From contig CM052817.1 in assembly GCA_028534125.1 (NCBI GenBank), positions 75,642,001 through 75,706,000 on the forward strand: DNA of 64,000 nucleotides. The letters are read 5' to 3'. Every line of letters begins with the position of its first letter. The stretch's first letter is position 1. Shown piece after piece: positions 49,682 to 63,647 of this stretch. The notes beneath the pieces were generated by a model. The model did no database searches and was not told the origin of the DNA. It worked only from the letters and a program-made list of their open reading frames with translations. The position numbers and the translations under genes are program-made. Source of the DNA: Lama glama. Taxonomy: Eukaryota.

Positions 49682-50104
49682 TGTGATGGTTAATACTATG
49701 TTTCAACATGTCTCGGCCACTGGTGCCCAGATATGCAGTCAAACATTATTTTGACTATTTATGAAAGGGTGTTTTTGCTGAGATTAATATTTAAATCCAT
49801 GAACTTTGAGTAAAGCATATTATACCCCAGAATGTGGGTGGCCCTCATCCAGTCCTCTGAAGTCCTGACTAGAATGAAAGACTAATCTCCCCTGAGCAAG
49901 AGGGACTTCTGCCAGCAGATGGCCTTTGATGTGAACGGCAGCATAGGCTTTTCCCTATTCTCCAGCCTTAGGGCCTTTGAACCTGCAGGTCTGGGTATTG
50001 CCAGCCTCCATAATCGTGTGAGCCAGTTCTTTAAAGTAAATCTTTCTCTGCTTATATCCACAGCCTCTTGGTTCTGTTCCTCTGGAGAATCTTGACAAAA
50101 AAGA
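49682..50104 (+). mobile_element. MLT2 (MLT2C/D-like) ERVL solo LTR
   Basis: tgtgatggttaat...gtgcccagatat...tgtgggtggccctcatccagtc...gccagcctccataatcgtgtgagcca...ggttctgttcctctggagaa. 5-bp TSD ATTTA (49677-49681, 50105-50109). Confidence 0.9.
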
Positions 50105-50224
50105 ATTTATATTCATAAATTAAGTTTATAATGCCATCCATTATTTTATATATCACTTTTTTTTTTAATATTAGTAATTGTTGATTGATATATACTAGTA
50201 ATCTTGGTAAAAAGGCAATTCTTG

Positions 50225-50460
50225 TTGCTGCTATTGAAAAACTCCGGGCACTTTTTCATATGGATTAATATCACTTTCTAAATTTCAAAATACTTAAAAT
50301 GGGCAATATATCCCTCATACATAATAATACAGACAGATTAAAAAAGTTAAGCAATGAAAAATTTGGAGTCTTGGGACAAGGTCATAAAGCTAGATTTTGA
50401 TATTTAGAATTTGAGTTCATGTCCCTGACTTCCAGGTCACTGGTCCATCTGTATTACTGT
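50225..50460 (-). mobile_element. MIR SINE
   Basis: caaggtcataaagctag...atttagaatttgagttcatgtccctgacttcca. Confidence 0.5.
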
Positions 50461-52234
50461 ATTTTCCCTCTGTTTAACTCCAATAGAGGAGTTGAATGTA
50501 AATTATTCTCTGTGGGGGAAAAAAAAAGTAAAAAACCTTTAATTTAATCTTTGCTATTTAATCTTGGTGGATATTTTAACTATTTTTAGAGAATTACCTA
50601 AAGTTACAAAATTTCCTTATATGATATTTCCTTAAAGTGAAATTCACCTTTCAGAAATGTTTCATAATCTCTTTAATACTATTCCATTTAGTGTATTAAT
50701 GAGCACTTTCATCGTGCAATTTTAATTCTTTTCAACCCTAGTAACGACCTTATTACCAATATACATATTAATGGATTTCTTCCTTATAATGATCTACTTC
50801 TAAACCATTTAAATATAAGGATTATATTTTAAATATGCCATTATTGCAGTGTTTCTAAGGTTTTTTTAAATAATAAATTAATTTATTCAACTGCACTAGT
50901 TAACCTTTGAATTGATTTTCAAAGATTTCCTACAGGAGTGACTGTATAATATTCATTTTTGGGTGATATATTATATATTTCTTTGGAACCAACAAAATGC
51001 TAGTTTCTTTATATAGTGACAGAGATGATTATTTTCCTCAAAGAATATATAAAGTCATAAAACTGTCAACATGGATTTGTACTATTAGCTTCTAATCAGT
51101 CATCTGTAGTAAGAGGGCTAAATTAGAGCTATTGATATTCTTTTAAAAATCTATAATTTTTAATAATTTATACTTTATTAAGTATTTTTTACCTAAATTA
51201 TAGATATAAAATAAGATAAATAGTTAAGGACAAAGGGCAAATTTTTGACATACCAGACATAAAAGTTTCACAAGATATATGGGATTTTTAGATATTCAAT
51301 TTCTTGGATTGTTTTATGCGAATACACAGAACTTTGAACTTTATTTAGATTTGATTTAAACATTAATAGTGTAATCATTTATATTTCTTATAACTAGATA
51401 ATATGTATCTTTCCTTCAGTACTGATTTAATAGGTTAGCCTGGGGATACCACAAAGTTTAAGGCAATCAGTGACATTTTTGCCAAACATTCATGGTCATA
51501 GTGTCTCTCTTGGACAGAGATATTAAAGGTTAAGTATAACCTCTTCCTCACAGAAAATCAGACTTGTGCCAATTTAGCAAGCCCCAGGAAGGAAATAACA
51601 TTTTACCTAGAGTTCGGGCTTACTATAACTTTTATTAAAAATTTCTGTATACCTCACCTTACATCTTTATTTTTTCTGTAATGAACCTATGTGCTTTAAT
51701 CCTCACCTTTCTGTTGTTGAAGTTTTTAACTTCACCCTGTTACTATAACCTTTGTTGACTTAATTGACCTGCTGGTGCCAGTGCTCTGATTTTCAGTATA
51801 CTCAAACATGATAGCATCTAAATCTATTAACTTACTGGATTTTACTTGACAATTTATATTATCTTCTATGCCAGTTCTATGGTGCTTATACCCATGATAA
51901 AGGTGCTCAAACAAAATCATTTTTTAATCTCTGATCCAAGTTCTTGTGCTAATATAATATTCTAGAAGGCGCTTTTATAATTTCTGTGTGACAGCTACAA
52001 TATTGAGTATCCTTACTGACTTTCTGTATCAAATTCAGTCAACAGAGATATAAAGATAGTTTAATATATGTTTTTAGGTTTACTTTAAAAAGAGTGGAAT
52101 TACTAAATTTAAACAAATCTACAATAAATATAAGGGAATGTTGATGAACAGTGGTGTTAGTTATTCTTCTTCATTTCCTTCCTCTTTCTCTCACCCTCTC
52201 TCTCTGTGAAAAGCTCAGGAAATATACATGAGAT

Positions 52235-52328
52235 ACAGTTATCTGGGTACTTTAGAGAGGAACTACAGCAGAGGAGATGAGAGAGGTGTCTGACCCTGGA
52301 AGGCCCCACAGAGTCCTGCTTGGTTACA
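52235..52328 (-). mobile_element. ERV LTR terminal fragment (family uncertain)
   Basis: gaggaactacagcagagg...tctgaccctggaaggccccacagagtcctgcttggttaca ends with an LTR-type terminus also seen at ~53301-53319. Confidence 0.5.
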
Positions 52329-52329
52329 T

Positions 52330-53540
52330 TTTGGATTATTAACTGCTTGATTCACAAAGAATTTCTCCTATTCCATATATTAACTCTTAATTTTGTTGAT
52401 AATTCCCTATATTTTACAGAGGATTTTTTTAGTTTAGTATAGTCCCCATTGTGTATTTTTGCTTCTGTTGCCTTTGCTTTTCATGTCAAACCAAAAAAAA
52501 AAAAACCAAAAAACAAAACCTTCCGATTCTGATGTCAAAGAGCTTACCCCCTATATTTTCTTTTAGGAGTTGATGATTTCAGATCTTACTGTTGCCAGAA
52601 TTTGTCCTCTGTATCCCTCTTACTGAATTGAGACTCGAGTTTTGGATGAACTGAAAAACGACTCTTTCTTTCCCAGGCAGAGGAGGCCCCAGTGGGCTAA
52701 TGCCCTTAAGATCGTGAGCCTGCCTGGGAGAGAAGGTAGGGGGTTTATAGTAAGTGTTGGAGGGGTGGTACTCACTTCCATGGAGATCACATGCAGGGTA
52801 ACAACTTGTTGCAAAGCTGTTCTTGTCTGTGCAGATGCCGGTCCCCTTTATTTTGCTGAGTATGATATTCTCCTCCAATTTTGGAGCTCTTCTAGTATTC
52901 TTGTGCCTAGAACAAGCGTGCTTAGGAAAGGGATCTGTAGAAAAGTGCTCTAGAGAAAAACTTATGTAGTTTAAAGTCAGGTTGATTATATGCTTCTGGC
53001 ATTTTAAGCAGGCTGAGGCCCGAGACCTCTTGCTGCAGTGTTTGCACAGGCTGGGACAACAGGGTACAGAGAAACCATAATAAGTTTATAACTGCAGACA
53101 TGCGTAGTTGGGGTGAATTATGAACACTGAGATGCACAAGACACCCAACTGCTGTCTCTGAGGTGTTGGGAATGAAAGGAAGGGGATGGTCAGTTCACCC
53201 AAGTTTCCCCCTCCCTTCCAGCCTAATCCTGGTCAGCAAAAGCATGACAAAAACCCTACAGTTAAGCAGTTACAGATACCATATGGTCACCAATGATAAT
53301 AGGGTCCTGCTTGGTTATAGTAAGTTTAGTCTTTAATCTGTTCTGAGTTAATTTCTGTATATGGTGGGAGATAGTGGTTCAGTTTCATGTTTTTTTGCAT
53401 GTCCAGTTTTCCCAACACCATCTATTGAAGAGACTATCCTTTCCCCAGTATATTCTTGGCTCCCTTGTCGTAAATTAATTTGACCGTATATGCATGGATT
53501 TACCTCTGGACTTTCTATTCTGCTTCACTGATCTGTGTTA
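52330..53540 (-). mobile_element. L1 ORF2 fragment interrupted by an LTR
   Basis: tttttgcttctgttgcctttgctttt...gatttcagatcttac | gtttagtctttaatc...ccagttttcccaacaccatctattgaagagactatcc is collinear across the insertion. Confidence 0.85.
52590..53319 (-). mobile_element. ERV1-class solo LTR (cetartiodactyl-type)
   Basis: Starts tgttgccagaa, ends tcctgcttggtta(c>t)a. GC-richer; minus-strand TATAAA at 52744-52749; precisely interrupts the L1. Confidence 0.8.
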
Positions 53541-53989
53541 GATTACTTGTAAATTAAAAATTAAAAGCCATAGAAAAGTGTAATTGACCAGAGCCTAAGT
53601 ATTAATGTTAAGGTTACTTGGGCATGAATTTTAGTTCTAGAATTCTAGGTAGCCATGTGGACTATGCATATTTTTACTCATAACTGATAAAGAACCTGAA
53701 ATTTCTCCTGTATTGCTCTTTTGATACATTAAAAAAGAGTAGGAAAGAACCTATGATGCTCAGATAACAGGAAAAATTTCTATAGCTTTCTCCTGTTTCC
53801 TCCCTTGTCTCTCTGTTCTCATAAAATCAAATCCTTCCCAAAATATCCATTGATATAATTTTCTCCTTTTCCCTCCCAAAGGGTGGACTTTTTGGAGAGA
53901 TAGCATGAATTACTGTCATGTAATTGATTCAGATAAACTTGCCAGACAGATCTCACTTTTTTTTTTTTAACATGTACTGTAATTCTCTT

Positions 53990-54160
53990 TGTTTTTTGTT
54001 CTTTTAAAAAATACTTTTCACATTGTATTATAACTGACTTCATCTGTCTTTACTAGCCTATGTTTTCCTTATGGAAAAGAACTATTTATTTTTCAAATTA
54101 AATATTTTGCATGGTAAAAACATAATAAAAAACAATTATTAAAAAGATATATGAATGGAT
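53990..54160 (+). mobile_element. L2 3' end
   Basis: tcacattgtattataactgacttcatctgtct...atatatgaatgga. Confidence 0.4.
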
Positions 54161-54559
54161 TCTCTATGCATTACATATGTTCTTCTAAAATTCTGCTTTT
54201 AATTCTACTGTAGATAAGCATTTGAAAAATTAGTTTCTACAGTATAATTTGAATTATCTGTAGTCATATTTAATTCAACAGATTATTGGTAAATATTCAT
54301 TATCTGCAAAGCATAGCATTAGATATACAAATGCCAGTACAATACATTTTGCTTTAATGAGCTAAAATATATATGTGAATAGTATATGGTTGAATAGAAT
54401 ATCAATCAAAGGTTAAACATATTAATATGTATTTATGTGAAACAATATTTTTTTAAAAATATTAGATGCAGTTGAATAAAAATCCAACCAAAATAGGTAT
54501 TTATTGAGTCACTTACCTGCAGTGTCCCTGGGTTGAAATAAAAAAAGTTCAAAGGATAT

Positions 54560-54930
54560 CACCTTGTCTCTGCACTCTGGCTTTGTTGTATTTACTAGGA
54601 GGCTGCCTCCAGAGGGTGGCTGGCTATTAGGCATAAATCTCACATTCCAAGTTGAGCAAAAAAAAAAAAAAAAAATGAAACACCTCTCCTAGACTCTCCG
54701 GAGGAAAAAGAAATCTTGTAATTATTAAATTCCTCTGTGCCTTGAGTGATCAAAGTCACCAGACTGATGCCCTAATTAGCCAGATGGAGTCAGGCTATTC
54801 TTACAGCTGGGAGTGGAACACGCCAACCCCAAATCACAGAAACCCAGAGTTGAGAAGAGCTGGGTTCAAAATCAGATTTGAAGTGCTCCTGCTGTAAAAG
54901 TGGAGAATGATAGTACTTCACTGATTGAAC
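54560..54930 (-). mobile_element. Old MaLR LTR fragment (MLT1K/L-like) with an internal A18 run
   Basis: ggctgcctcca...ctgatgccctaattagccag...agctgggagtgg...ccccaaatcaca; A-run at 54658-54675. Confidence 0.45.
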
Positions 54931-55336
54931 AACTGTTGCTAAGAGCGATCATTTCCTCCTCTAAGATCACAGAAAATAGACATTATTTCTCCTTATTTAT
55001 TGCTGGAAATGTCCATGTATAGCCTGATAACCTGCAAACTTGAGAATAATGTCAGCGCTTACTAAAATAGTGGAAGAAACTCTAGATGTTTGATAAAGTT
55101 GCAGGTATACAAAATATATTGAATGTTGATGGAGTACTGCCTAGTTGTTGAAATGTAAAAAGGTGGAGATGAGTTGGACAGATAGTGACTTCTGTTTAAA
55201 ACATGTTGAATTGTAGTAAATCGTAACATTTAAATAGTTTGTATTTAATAGGCAAATGAAAGGTGCAAATCATCCTATACCTGTGTTTGGGGTCTGGAAT
55301 TGTGTGTGAAGTTACTGATGCTCAAATGTAACTTTA

Positions 55337-55358
55337 TGTGTGTGTGTGTGTGTGTGTG
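55337..55358. repeat. (TG)11 microsatellite
   Basis: Read directly. Confidence 0.95.
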
Positions 55359-56709
55359 TACATAGTGACTGAGAAAATATGATATCTAGAAGGAGTACAC
55401 TTACATATCAATATAATAAGCAAATTATGTGGAAAACTGAGGGAAGTAGTTTTCTGTTTTAAATTTTGATAAAAAAACCTCTTACTGAAAAATAAGTTAT
55501 CCAGTTCAGCATGCTTTTGTGTTAGTATCTAAAACATGAATTTATATTAATGTATATATGCACATATGTGTATATGTGTACATATATTTATATATGTATA
55601 TTATATATATCCAAAATGTGTCATTTTAAATCTTACAAAGTGTATTTTATTATCTAAAATGAGAACGTAATTTTCAATTATAAAATATATTTTAGAAAGT
55701 AGTTCTAAAACTTATATTCAATGTACAATTTAGTTGTATGAAAATGTACATTGAATCCTTTAAATTGAGTCCCCACAGTGTGAAATTTAGTTCTTTAAAT
55801 AAATTTCTAGGAATATTTGTGAAAGGAATATGTACGTTTACAAAATGATGTTTTTCTCACCAAGGGAAACCATGCATGAATGTCTTCGACGTAAACACCT
55901 TATACTATTTTAAACAATTTGGACCACATTCTTACTAAAATATACTTATCTTCATAAAGATATAGATTTAATATTTGTGAAAAAATATTTTTAGATCTTC
56001 ACTTAAACATCAATTACCTACTGATTATTTTTTCTTGTTAGTTATTCTAAGTTTTGAATTGTATGTTGAAAGAATAATAAATAATGTAAACAGACACATC
56101 AAAATTTTACAAAAGAGCAGCAAACAAAACATGGAAGTATTTGTTTTTTCTCTGGCTCTCTTTGTCTCATCATTGTTTTTATTAAGACAGCAACATTTAA
56201 CACTACAGTATTCTATAATGGCAGAGAAATAATGATCATATGTTAAAATTAGCTTTATGTTATTAACATCTTTTCCTTTCTATTCTTCTTATGGGTATGG
56301 CGTTTCCTAGGCTTCTGGTGAATTTTCATATGAATATGCTATTTTTAGTCATTCTGATTTATCTCACTGACAGTTCCTTACTTTGTGCCCAGCTTATAAT
56401 GGTAGATGAATTGCATTCTGATACAATGAGAATCTAGGTTGTAATGGTTGTGATTTGGTCCTTTCAGGTTTGATCAGGAGCTTGATTCCATTAAATTTCA
56501 CCAGAAAATTGGCTTTCACTGTAGGTATCTACGTGAATGTCCAACTGGCCACGATGATCTGTTTTCCGTAATTTGTAGTCCCAAAGAATGTTGTATTTGA
56601 TCTTCTAGTTTTTAACTTTCCAGGTAGCAGACCTAATGCCAGTTCCATCGATGTTAACTTAAGGTTCATTAAAAATATGATGTCTAGCAATCTGAAATAT
56701 TGTCTAAGG

Positions 56710-56894
56710 CAGAGGGTGGCAAATATTTTCTATCAAGGCCCTGATAGTAAATATTTTACACTTTGTAGGCCATTTATAGTCTCTGTAAAATAGTCACTTA
56801 AAAAAAAACAAACCCTTTAAAAGTTTATAAAACATTCTGACCTTTCTTGCTGTCCTTACAGAAACATTTTGTGGGCTGTAGCTGTCTAACCCTG
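56710..56894 (+). mobile_element. MER58 (MER58C-like) hAT-Charlie DNA transposon
   Basis: cagagggtggcaaatattttctatcaaggccctgatagtaaatatttt...aaccctttaaaa...aaccctg. 8-bp TSD gtctaagg / gtccaagg (56702-56709, 56895-56902). Confidence 0.85.
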
Positions 56895-57699
56895 GTCCAA
56901 GGCAAGTGTACTATGTTTCAGGTCAGCCTCTTGTGCTAAGTCGTTATTCCTGTAGCTGGTTTTCCAGAGTGGTAGTTAGCCTGTATAGCTGAACTATTAG
57001 CTGAACCACGCACAGGCATTTAAAGAAATCTCTGCAAATCAAGGGTCTCTTTGAGACAGCCCATTGGATTCAGAGAGTGAGGTGGAGAGAAAGATTTTTC
57101 TAAAAAAGATAGTCGTCACTATTTCATGTAAGACAAATTGGTGCTAGAGCCAATCCGCCAGTAAAGATTCTCAGATAAGTTTTTTTTTTTATTAATTTAT
57201 GAGACCTCTGGGCTCTTCCTTTGTAAGTTGTAAAGTCCAAATTGACCCACCCATCATGGGGATGTCAGACCAGAGAGGAATAAGACATCCATGGTCATGC
57301 ATGTGATTTTTCAAAGGTCTAAGTAGTAGATTTAGAACTACCTTTTGTTTTTTAAAGGGATGTAGTCAATCCTGACTAATCTCTAATTCCATGTTTACAA
57401 ATACATCTAATTTGCTAAGCCAAAATCAATACTCATCATATTTTTCTGGTCTTCATAGATGAACTTGAGTGGGTGAAAACTTTGAGCCACCCAGTAAACA
57501 GCATAGAATGGCCATCAATTGGAATTAAGATACTCTACATGTCTAAAAAAGGGTGACCTAGGAGTCAAATTTAATCTCTGATACTTAACTTGTGTCAGTT
57601 ATCAATGTATACTTCTCAGTTCCAAATACACTCTTATATACACTGTACCCTATGATGAACAACAATTTTTTAAAGCAATACCCACTTTAAACTGAACAC

Positions 57700-58345
57700 A
57701 ATGTTAAGCTTTCTCAAAAGAAGGCTCTGGTGAGACAAGGCAGGGGGAGGAGGCTTCCTGCATTTCTGACTCAGTCAAGAGTCAGAATGTGGGTATGAAG
57801 ACATCCAGTGGAGACTGCCTCATCTGTGGTCCCAGAACACAATTGTTCTGCAACCTTGTAGTCTTGACCTGATGATAATCATTTTGCAACCTGTCTGCAT
57901 GGAAACCGTGCATGTCTGCACACAGTTACCTGTGGCCCAGAAGCACAATGAGAAGCCAAATGCAACCCCAGCCCACTCCCACTCCCTGCAAAGCCTTCAT
58001 GCTCCAAAGGCCTTCCATCCTTCCAGGTGTGTGGACTTCCACTGGACCCCACACCACACTGGACACTGATTAGCTTCTCCTCACACTTCATCTCAGAGGA
58101 TAGCCTATTGTTTTTCTCTCTAACTCCAGGTTAACTCTGGTTTAGCTAAGCCACTGAGCTCTTCTGTTATCCAGTGACCAAAACCAAGTATCTTTTCCAA
58201 GGCAATCTGGATTTATGCCAGGTTTGTCCTTCCATGGATCTGTCCTCAGCCCTAGGGTACTACAGAGTTTCCTTATATACCTTTTATCTTACTTTTTATC
58301 GTAATTAATAATTCTTTATAGACTTCCTCTGTTTAACCTACACAA
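57700..58345 (+). mobile_element. ERVL-class LTR (LTR41-like)
   Basis: GC-richer block ending ctcagccctaggg...taattaataattctttatagacttcctctgtt, resembling the LTR41 3' region. Confidence 0.5.
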
Positions 58346-60829
58346 AGAAAAGGAAAGGGGGGAAAAAAAGAGGATGACGACTAAATCATTGTAGATAGGG
58401 AAAAGAGTGTAAGAAGCCAAAAGAATGGGATTCTCCAGGATATCTCTCCAGCCCCAGGAATCTTGGACAGCAACAGCTCAGGAGAATCCGGTTAGAAGGA
58501 AAGATTAGGGGTCTAAAATGATGTGTCTAGCCAGCATTCATGGAAAACCTAACTCTATCATTCCACTGTATGACTTTGAACATTTTCCTTATGCAATCAT
58601 ATTTCAGTATTTTATCTTTTAAAAAAGGCATGGCTCTTTTGTTCTATGTGATAACTTAGAGGCCTGATATTCACAACTCAGAAATTTTGTCTAGACACAC
58701 TAGGAAGCACACAGTCAAGGGACAGCAAGACTAATCAGTAATCATGCTTCCAATGTAATATCAGTCATGAGAATATTCTTCATTCCTAATATACTTGCTT
58801 CTGAAAAAGGAGCAAGTCATATGAATCATATCTACCCAAGATCTGTAGGTTGGCAAAGAAGAGTCACATTAGAAAGCTGGTGATGACTTCACTTTTCAAA
58901 TTAGCTAGCTTGTATATTTCAGAGTTTGAAGGATATTTCAACCTGGAGAGCTCATTTATTGTGAAGGAGTAGAGACAGGAATGCCACAGTACTTTCCTAA
59001 ATATTGTACTTGCTTGTTCTGTAATGCTGGAGTCATCACTTAATCGAGAATGTGGCCAATGTTCAATAAATATTTAAGTGCTTCATTGCTACTTATGTTT
59101 CATCATCTGTAAAATTGTGGAGAGAGAATGATTTATGTAATGTCTAATATCATGAATAGTTATGGTTTTATTACCCACACTCAGAGTTACCTAGTGTCAG
59201 GAAGTAGAAAAACCTCCTCTTGGACACCTGTGTGGTTGAACTTTCTTCTGGCACTTGAAGGAGGAAATCTTTGAAACTTTGTTTCTTCTTTCAGATGGTC
59301 TAGGAAGGAAAACAAATAGAAAGAAAAAGAAAACCTGGGCTAACCTAGTGAGAAGGAATGAGAAATAAAAGGGAAAGGGAAAGAAACTACTTTCCTTGAG
59401 TGAGCACAGTTTTTCCTAGCTCATTTTTAAAAATAACAGTGAGCCTACGTTTACCTTGGGGTTACTTGCTTCCCACTGTGGGTTCAGTTCTAGCTCCCAG
59501 AACTCAAACTAGACCTCTTCCCTGTAGATATGAAAGCCTCAACCATTACCCTTTGAACCCTGTACTTGACCCAATACCTTTTATGACCTTTCTTTTTGTA
59601 TGTGTGTTTTTTCTTTATTTTCTTTCTTCTGAGAATATCTATAGATTTAAAATATTTAGGGTTTATTTTTTCTATTATTTCTTGTGTTTGTAGCTGGAAG
59701 TTGACCATTCTGGGTTAGAACTTTCAACCAAACTGCTAGGACTGTTTGACCTCACTCAATATGCAATCTTGAAGGACTTACTTTTTCCAGTCCCTACTGA
59801 AAATAAAAATTTGATGTAGAAAAGAATATTCCAGCATTTTGGAAATGAAAAATTGCTCACATGCAGGGAAATGGGAAAGAAAGAAATACAAACTTCAGGC
59901 TGCACAATAAGACCTCTTCAACTCAACCTACACTGGGGAATAAACTCAAATCTCTAGGGCCATTCTGTGACCTCAGCTATGGCCTGGATAAAAGGAGATG
60001 AGGCAGAGCTTTACCTGGGGTTTCAAAGAAAGAGAAGAGCCATAAAGTCATTGACTGCTGCTGCCCATCAACATTCTTATCTGAATAAGAGAGTTAAAGA
60101 CTAACAAATTAAAAAGAAAAATTGATTTCTTTTCCAATTAATATAAAAATGTTAATTACAAAAGATTCACTGTCTCAGAGAAATTAAAGAACATCACTGC
60201 TCACAGAATTTAAAAGCACAATACTTTTAAAATGCTCATTGATTTATATTGCCTTTCTAAATGCCATTTGTCATTTTAGCTGGAGGAGGCTTCCTAAAGC
60301 AAAAGAAGAAAATAGTATAGAATGTTGAGAATATGCAGCTAGTTTCTGGATATCATGGGGAAGGAAAGGCAGAGAAATAAAAAGATAAGAGTACAACTTA
60401 CCTGAGAAAATACTATATTGATTTTTTTTTCAGTAATTGAGGAGATTGCATAGTCTAAGAGGCTTTACTTAGACACATACTTCAGAATTATAGTGTGTTT
60501 ATCAAATTTAATTGGTCAAATGTACTTTATTTTTGTCTTACTCTGTGTGCTGCAGATAGGGATGCATAAGAGGAAGATCAGTTATTAAAAAAAGTTCCAT
60601 TTACTCTGTACTCTGTACATTTGACTAAAATGTAAATAAATTATTATATAAAGTGTATTAAAGTGAAGTAGGAAGACAAAATCATGTTCAAACTTATTTG
60701 GTGAGCTAAAGAAAGCATTTGGAATCAATTACCACTGTAAAATTACTGGACAATTTTAGATTTCAAAAGAAATAGAAAATTGACAGAGTAGAAAGTAATA
60801 TTGGTGATGAAAAATAAAGATGTAAAATG

Positions 60830-62720
60830 TTTAAAAATATACTAGTACTGAATCAAATGTAGATAACATCCTGATGATTCCTGTACTTAACAATATTTAT
60901 TTAATAGCAACAATCTTCCCCTCCAAAGACACTGAGACTTAATTCTTCCAAATTTTCGAGTAATAGATGATTTGAGCCTAATAAAACTCTTCCCAAGAAA
61001 TAATTGGAGGAAATACTACCCGGTGAAACCATGAGGCCATTATAATCTTGAAAATACATTAGACAGGGCACAAAAATATAAAATAAATCTCACAAATAAA
61101 TATGCAAATTTGTCAAACATAGTATTCACAAAATATAAAAATATACCGTAATCAAGTTCAGTATATATCAAAATTACAATCATGATGTATTAGTAAATCT
61201 ATAAGTATAATTCTTCATGTAAGTGAATTATGGAAAATATGATCATAACAGATGCTATAAAAGTCTTTGATCAAATTCTATCTCCAAACATGATAAAACT
61301 CCCAGTTCTTCTTGTGTAACATCACATTGGAAGACTCCATATGCAGCCTGACTCTGCATTCACTAGTCTATTTCAGTGGTCAGTTTTTAATCTGGTACTT
61401 CATAGTTGATAAATGTGGCTTTGTAATGTATCTTATAGGGTAAGTAATTTCCTTATCTTTTCTTAAGATTTGCTTAGCTCCAGGTGACATCTCTGATGTT
61501 TACAAATTTTAGAGTAAACTATTTATTCAAGTTGCTCAAAAATTCAAGTGAAAACTTTATGAAGATTGAAATTATAAAGTAATTTGGAGAGAATTGGCAT
61601 CTATAAAGAATTCTGTCCTCTCTCAAACTATAGAATGGTTTAGATAAAACTTCTATTATTAAAGGTTTAATTTCTTCTTTTAAGGATACATTTGTGAACA
61701 TTTGTTTGAATTCATTGATTTATAGATTAAGATCTTTATTGCTATCATTAATAGTATATTATATGGTATTTTCTGGTGTTTTAATTATCATAAAGGCTTG
61801 TTGTCATTTTTATATTTTGGATGATAGGAACCTTGATTAAATCTTATTAGATTTAATAGTTAATTGATTGTAACTTACTTGATTCTTAACTTCTGCACTT
61901 TTTCATCTCTATATTTTATCCATTCACTTCATCTTTATTTTTCCTTCATATAAGAGCCAATGATGTTAAATTTTAAGTGGATGAGACCTAGGGCCAATCA
62001 CTTTTAATCTCACAGCTCAAGTGGGAGAAAAAATATATAAAGCAATGGCAATACTAATATGTGGATGGTGTGTTTCTATATTGGTACAAATTATTTGGAA
62101 AATAAGTTGACATTATCTTTAAAGTTGAGCAGTGTATATCTGTATGAGAAGTAATCCTATCCCTTAGTACCTTAAAAAGCTCAAGCTTATATATGAGAGA
62201 TGTCTGAAAGACTGTTCTTAGGAATGAAAACAAAGCAAAAAAAGAAATCAAGAACCTTCCATTTTGAGAAGAATAAATAAATAGATTATGGAATGTTTAC
62301 ATGGTAGAATATTATGCATTTGTTAAAATAAACATCTGTTATACCCAACAATTTAGATATATGTTGGAAGTATTCAGATATATTATAAAAAGAATAGCCC
62401 AGAAGATTGTATACAATATGATACCATTATATGACACAAATACAGCAAAACTAAACAGTATTTTGGTTTTTTTGACACAAACTATAAATGACAAAGTTAC
62501 ACTTTAAAAACTATGGGAATAGCAAACACTAAAGTGAAAAAAAAATTGTACTTCAGTGTGAAAAAGAGGGTCTGTAATTTGGTAGATGCTATTTTAATTC
62601 TCATGCTAGTTTGGAGATTGGGAGTATTATATTTATGTTGTTTTAGTATGATTTAACACAGAAGTATGTGGCATACATTTTGTACATAAATACTACATTA
62701 AAATAATACAGGGTTAAAAT
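60830..62720 (+). mobile_element. Old L1ME-like element with an internally inverted segment (~61306-61990)
   Basis: Plus-strand FDQILSPNMIK (61266-61298; cf. FDKIQHPFMIK), then antisense ORF2 (ORF 61519-61701), then plus-strand ORF2 end and 3'UTR (ttggtacaaattatttggaaa, ttgtatacaatatgataccattatatga). Confidence 0.7.
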
Positions 62721-63244
62721 TTTCAATCTCTTTTATAACACCTGCTGTTTTCCTCATTAGAGCAGGTATTGGCTTCAAGTGAGGGAAAGGCTGGGCCACT
62801 GAGGAAGATGACAAAACTGAAAATTTAACCCTATGAAAATGACTGGTATATAACCTTTGTCTTAAGATTTAGAAATTGTTATGGTTATCATCAGTTGTTT
62901 TCCCCAGTGGTCAAGGAGTCATGAGACCAGTGTCTACAGAGGGAGACCTAGCAGGTATATAAAATCTGTTCTTGATAAAAACAAGATGATTTTCCTGGAA
63001 GTTGTAGCCTTTAAGAACCAGGTCTCAGGTCTTGTTGGCTTAGTTCACCCAAGAAAAATGCTTTGTCCATGTACTTCTGAAAGCTAAAGTATACCCTTTA
63101 CATATATTAAAAAAAATTATGTTTAGCTTGTACCAGTCAACTATCATCACCTTTCTGATGACTGTGTATTAAAATTATCACAATTTAATTATTTTACTTT
63201 TTAATAGATTTACTATTTACTTTTTCTTTCCTGAAACAGAATGG

Positions 63245-63362
63245 AAATATCATAAGCATATGGACCTTTTTAACTTGTTCACCATTTTAACAAGATCTTA
63301 AAGTATAATGTCTGCCTACCTAGTAGAACTTCAACTAATATTTCTCAAAGAATGAACAAATC
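63245..63362 (+). mobile_element. L2 3' end
   Basis: cttgttcaccat...aatgtctgcctacctagtagaacttcaactaatatttctcaaagaatgaa. Confidence 0.55.
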
Positions 63363-63559
63363 AAGACGTTTCCAAAGTAATTACATTAAGTGATTGTTAA
63401 AAGTGCTGCCTATGATATTGTAGATGTCAAACATAGTATGTAGATGATATTATTACAAATATGTATCTTCCCAAGATTTGATCACCCTCTTATTTAACTC
63501 GTTCTCATTTTATTCTAAGGTCTTTAAGGCTGTGCACATTGCAGTTTTCTCCTTTTTTC

Positions 63560-63647
63560 ATTTCAGGGATAATGTCTGATTCATAGATGATACTTATTAG
63601 ATATTTTTGAATGTATGAATATATGAATGATTAGATGAATGAATGGC
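63560..63647 (+). mobile_element. L2 3' end
   Basis: atgtctgattcatagatgatacttattagatatttttgaatg...gatgaatgaatgg (TGAA-type tail). Confidence 0.5.

Noticed and set aside
55548..55612. AT-rich quasi-palindrome
   Set aside because: Degenerate (TA/TG/CA)n low-complexity sequence is self-complementary by composition.
56468..56600. Open frame after an AG (FDQELDSIKFHQKIGFHC...) as a coding exon
   Set aside because: No recognisable homology and only a weak donor (GTATCT).
59495..59552. Minus-strand tRNA-like or SINE-head-like sequence
   Set aside because: Only vague A/B-box similarity and no cloverleaf could be drawn.
968..63087. Six-frame ORFs of 60-149 aa as host genes
   Set aside because: They are frameshifted L1 or ERV fragments, antisense-L1 F/L/I-rich ORFs, or chance ORFs; none resembles a cellular protein I recognise.
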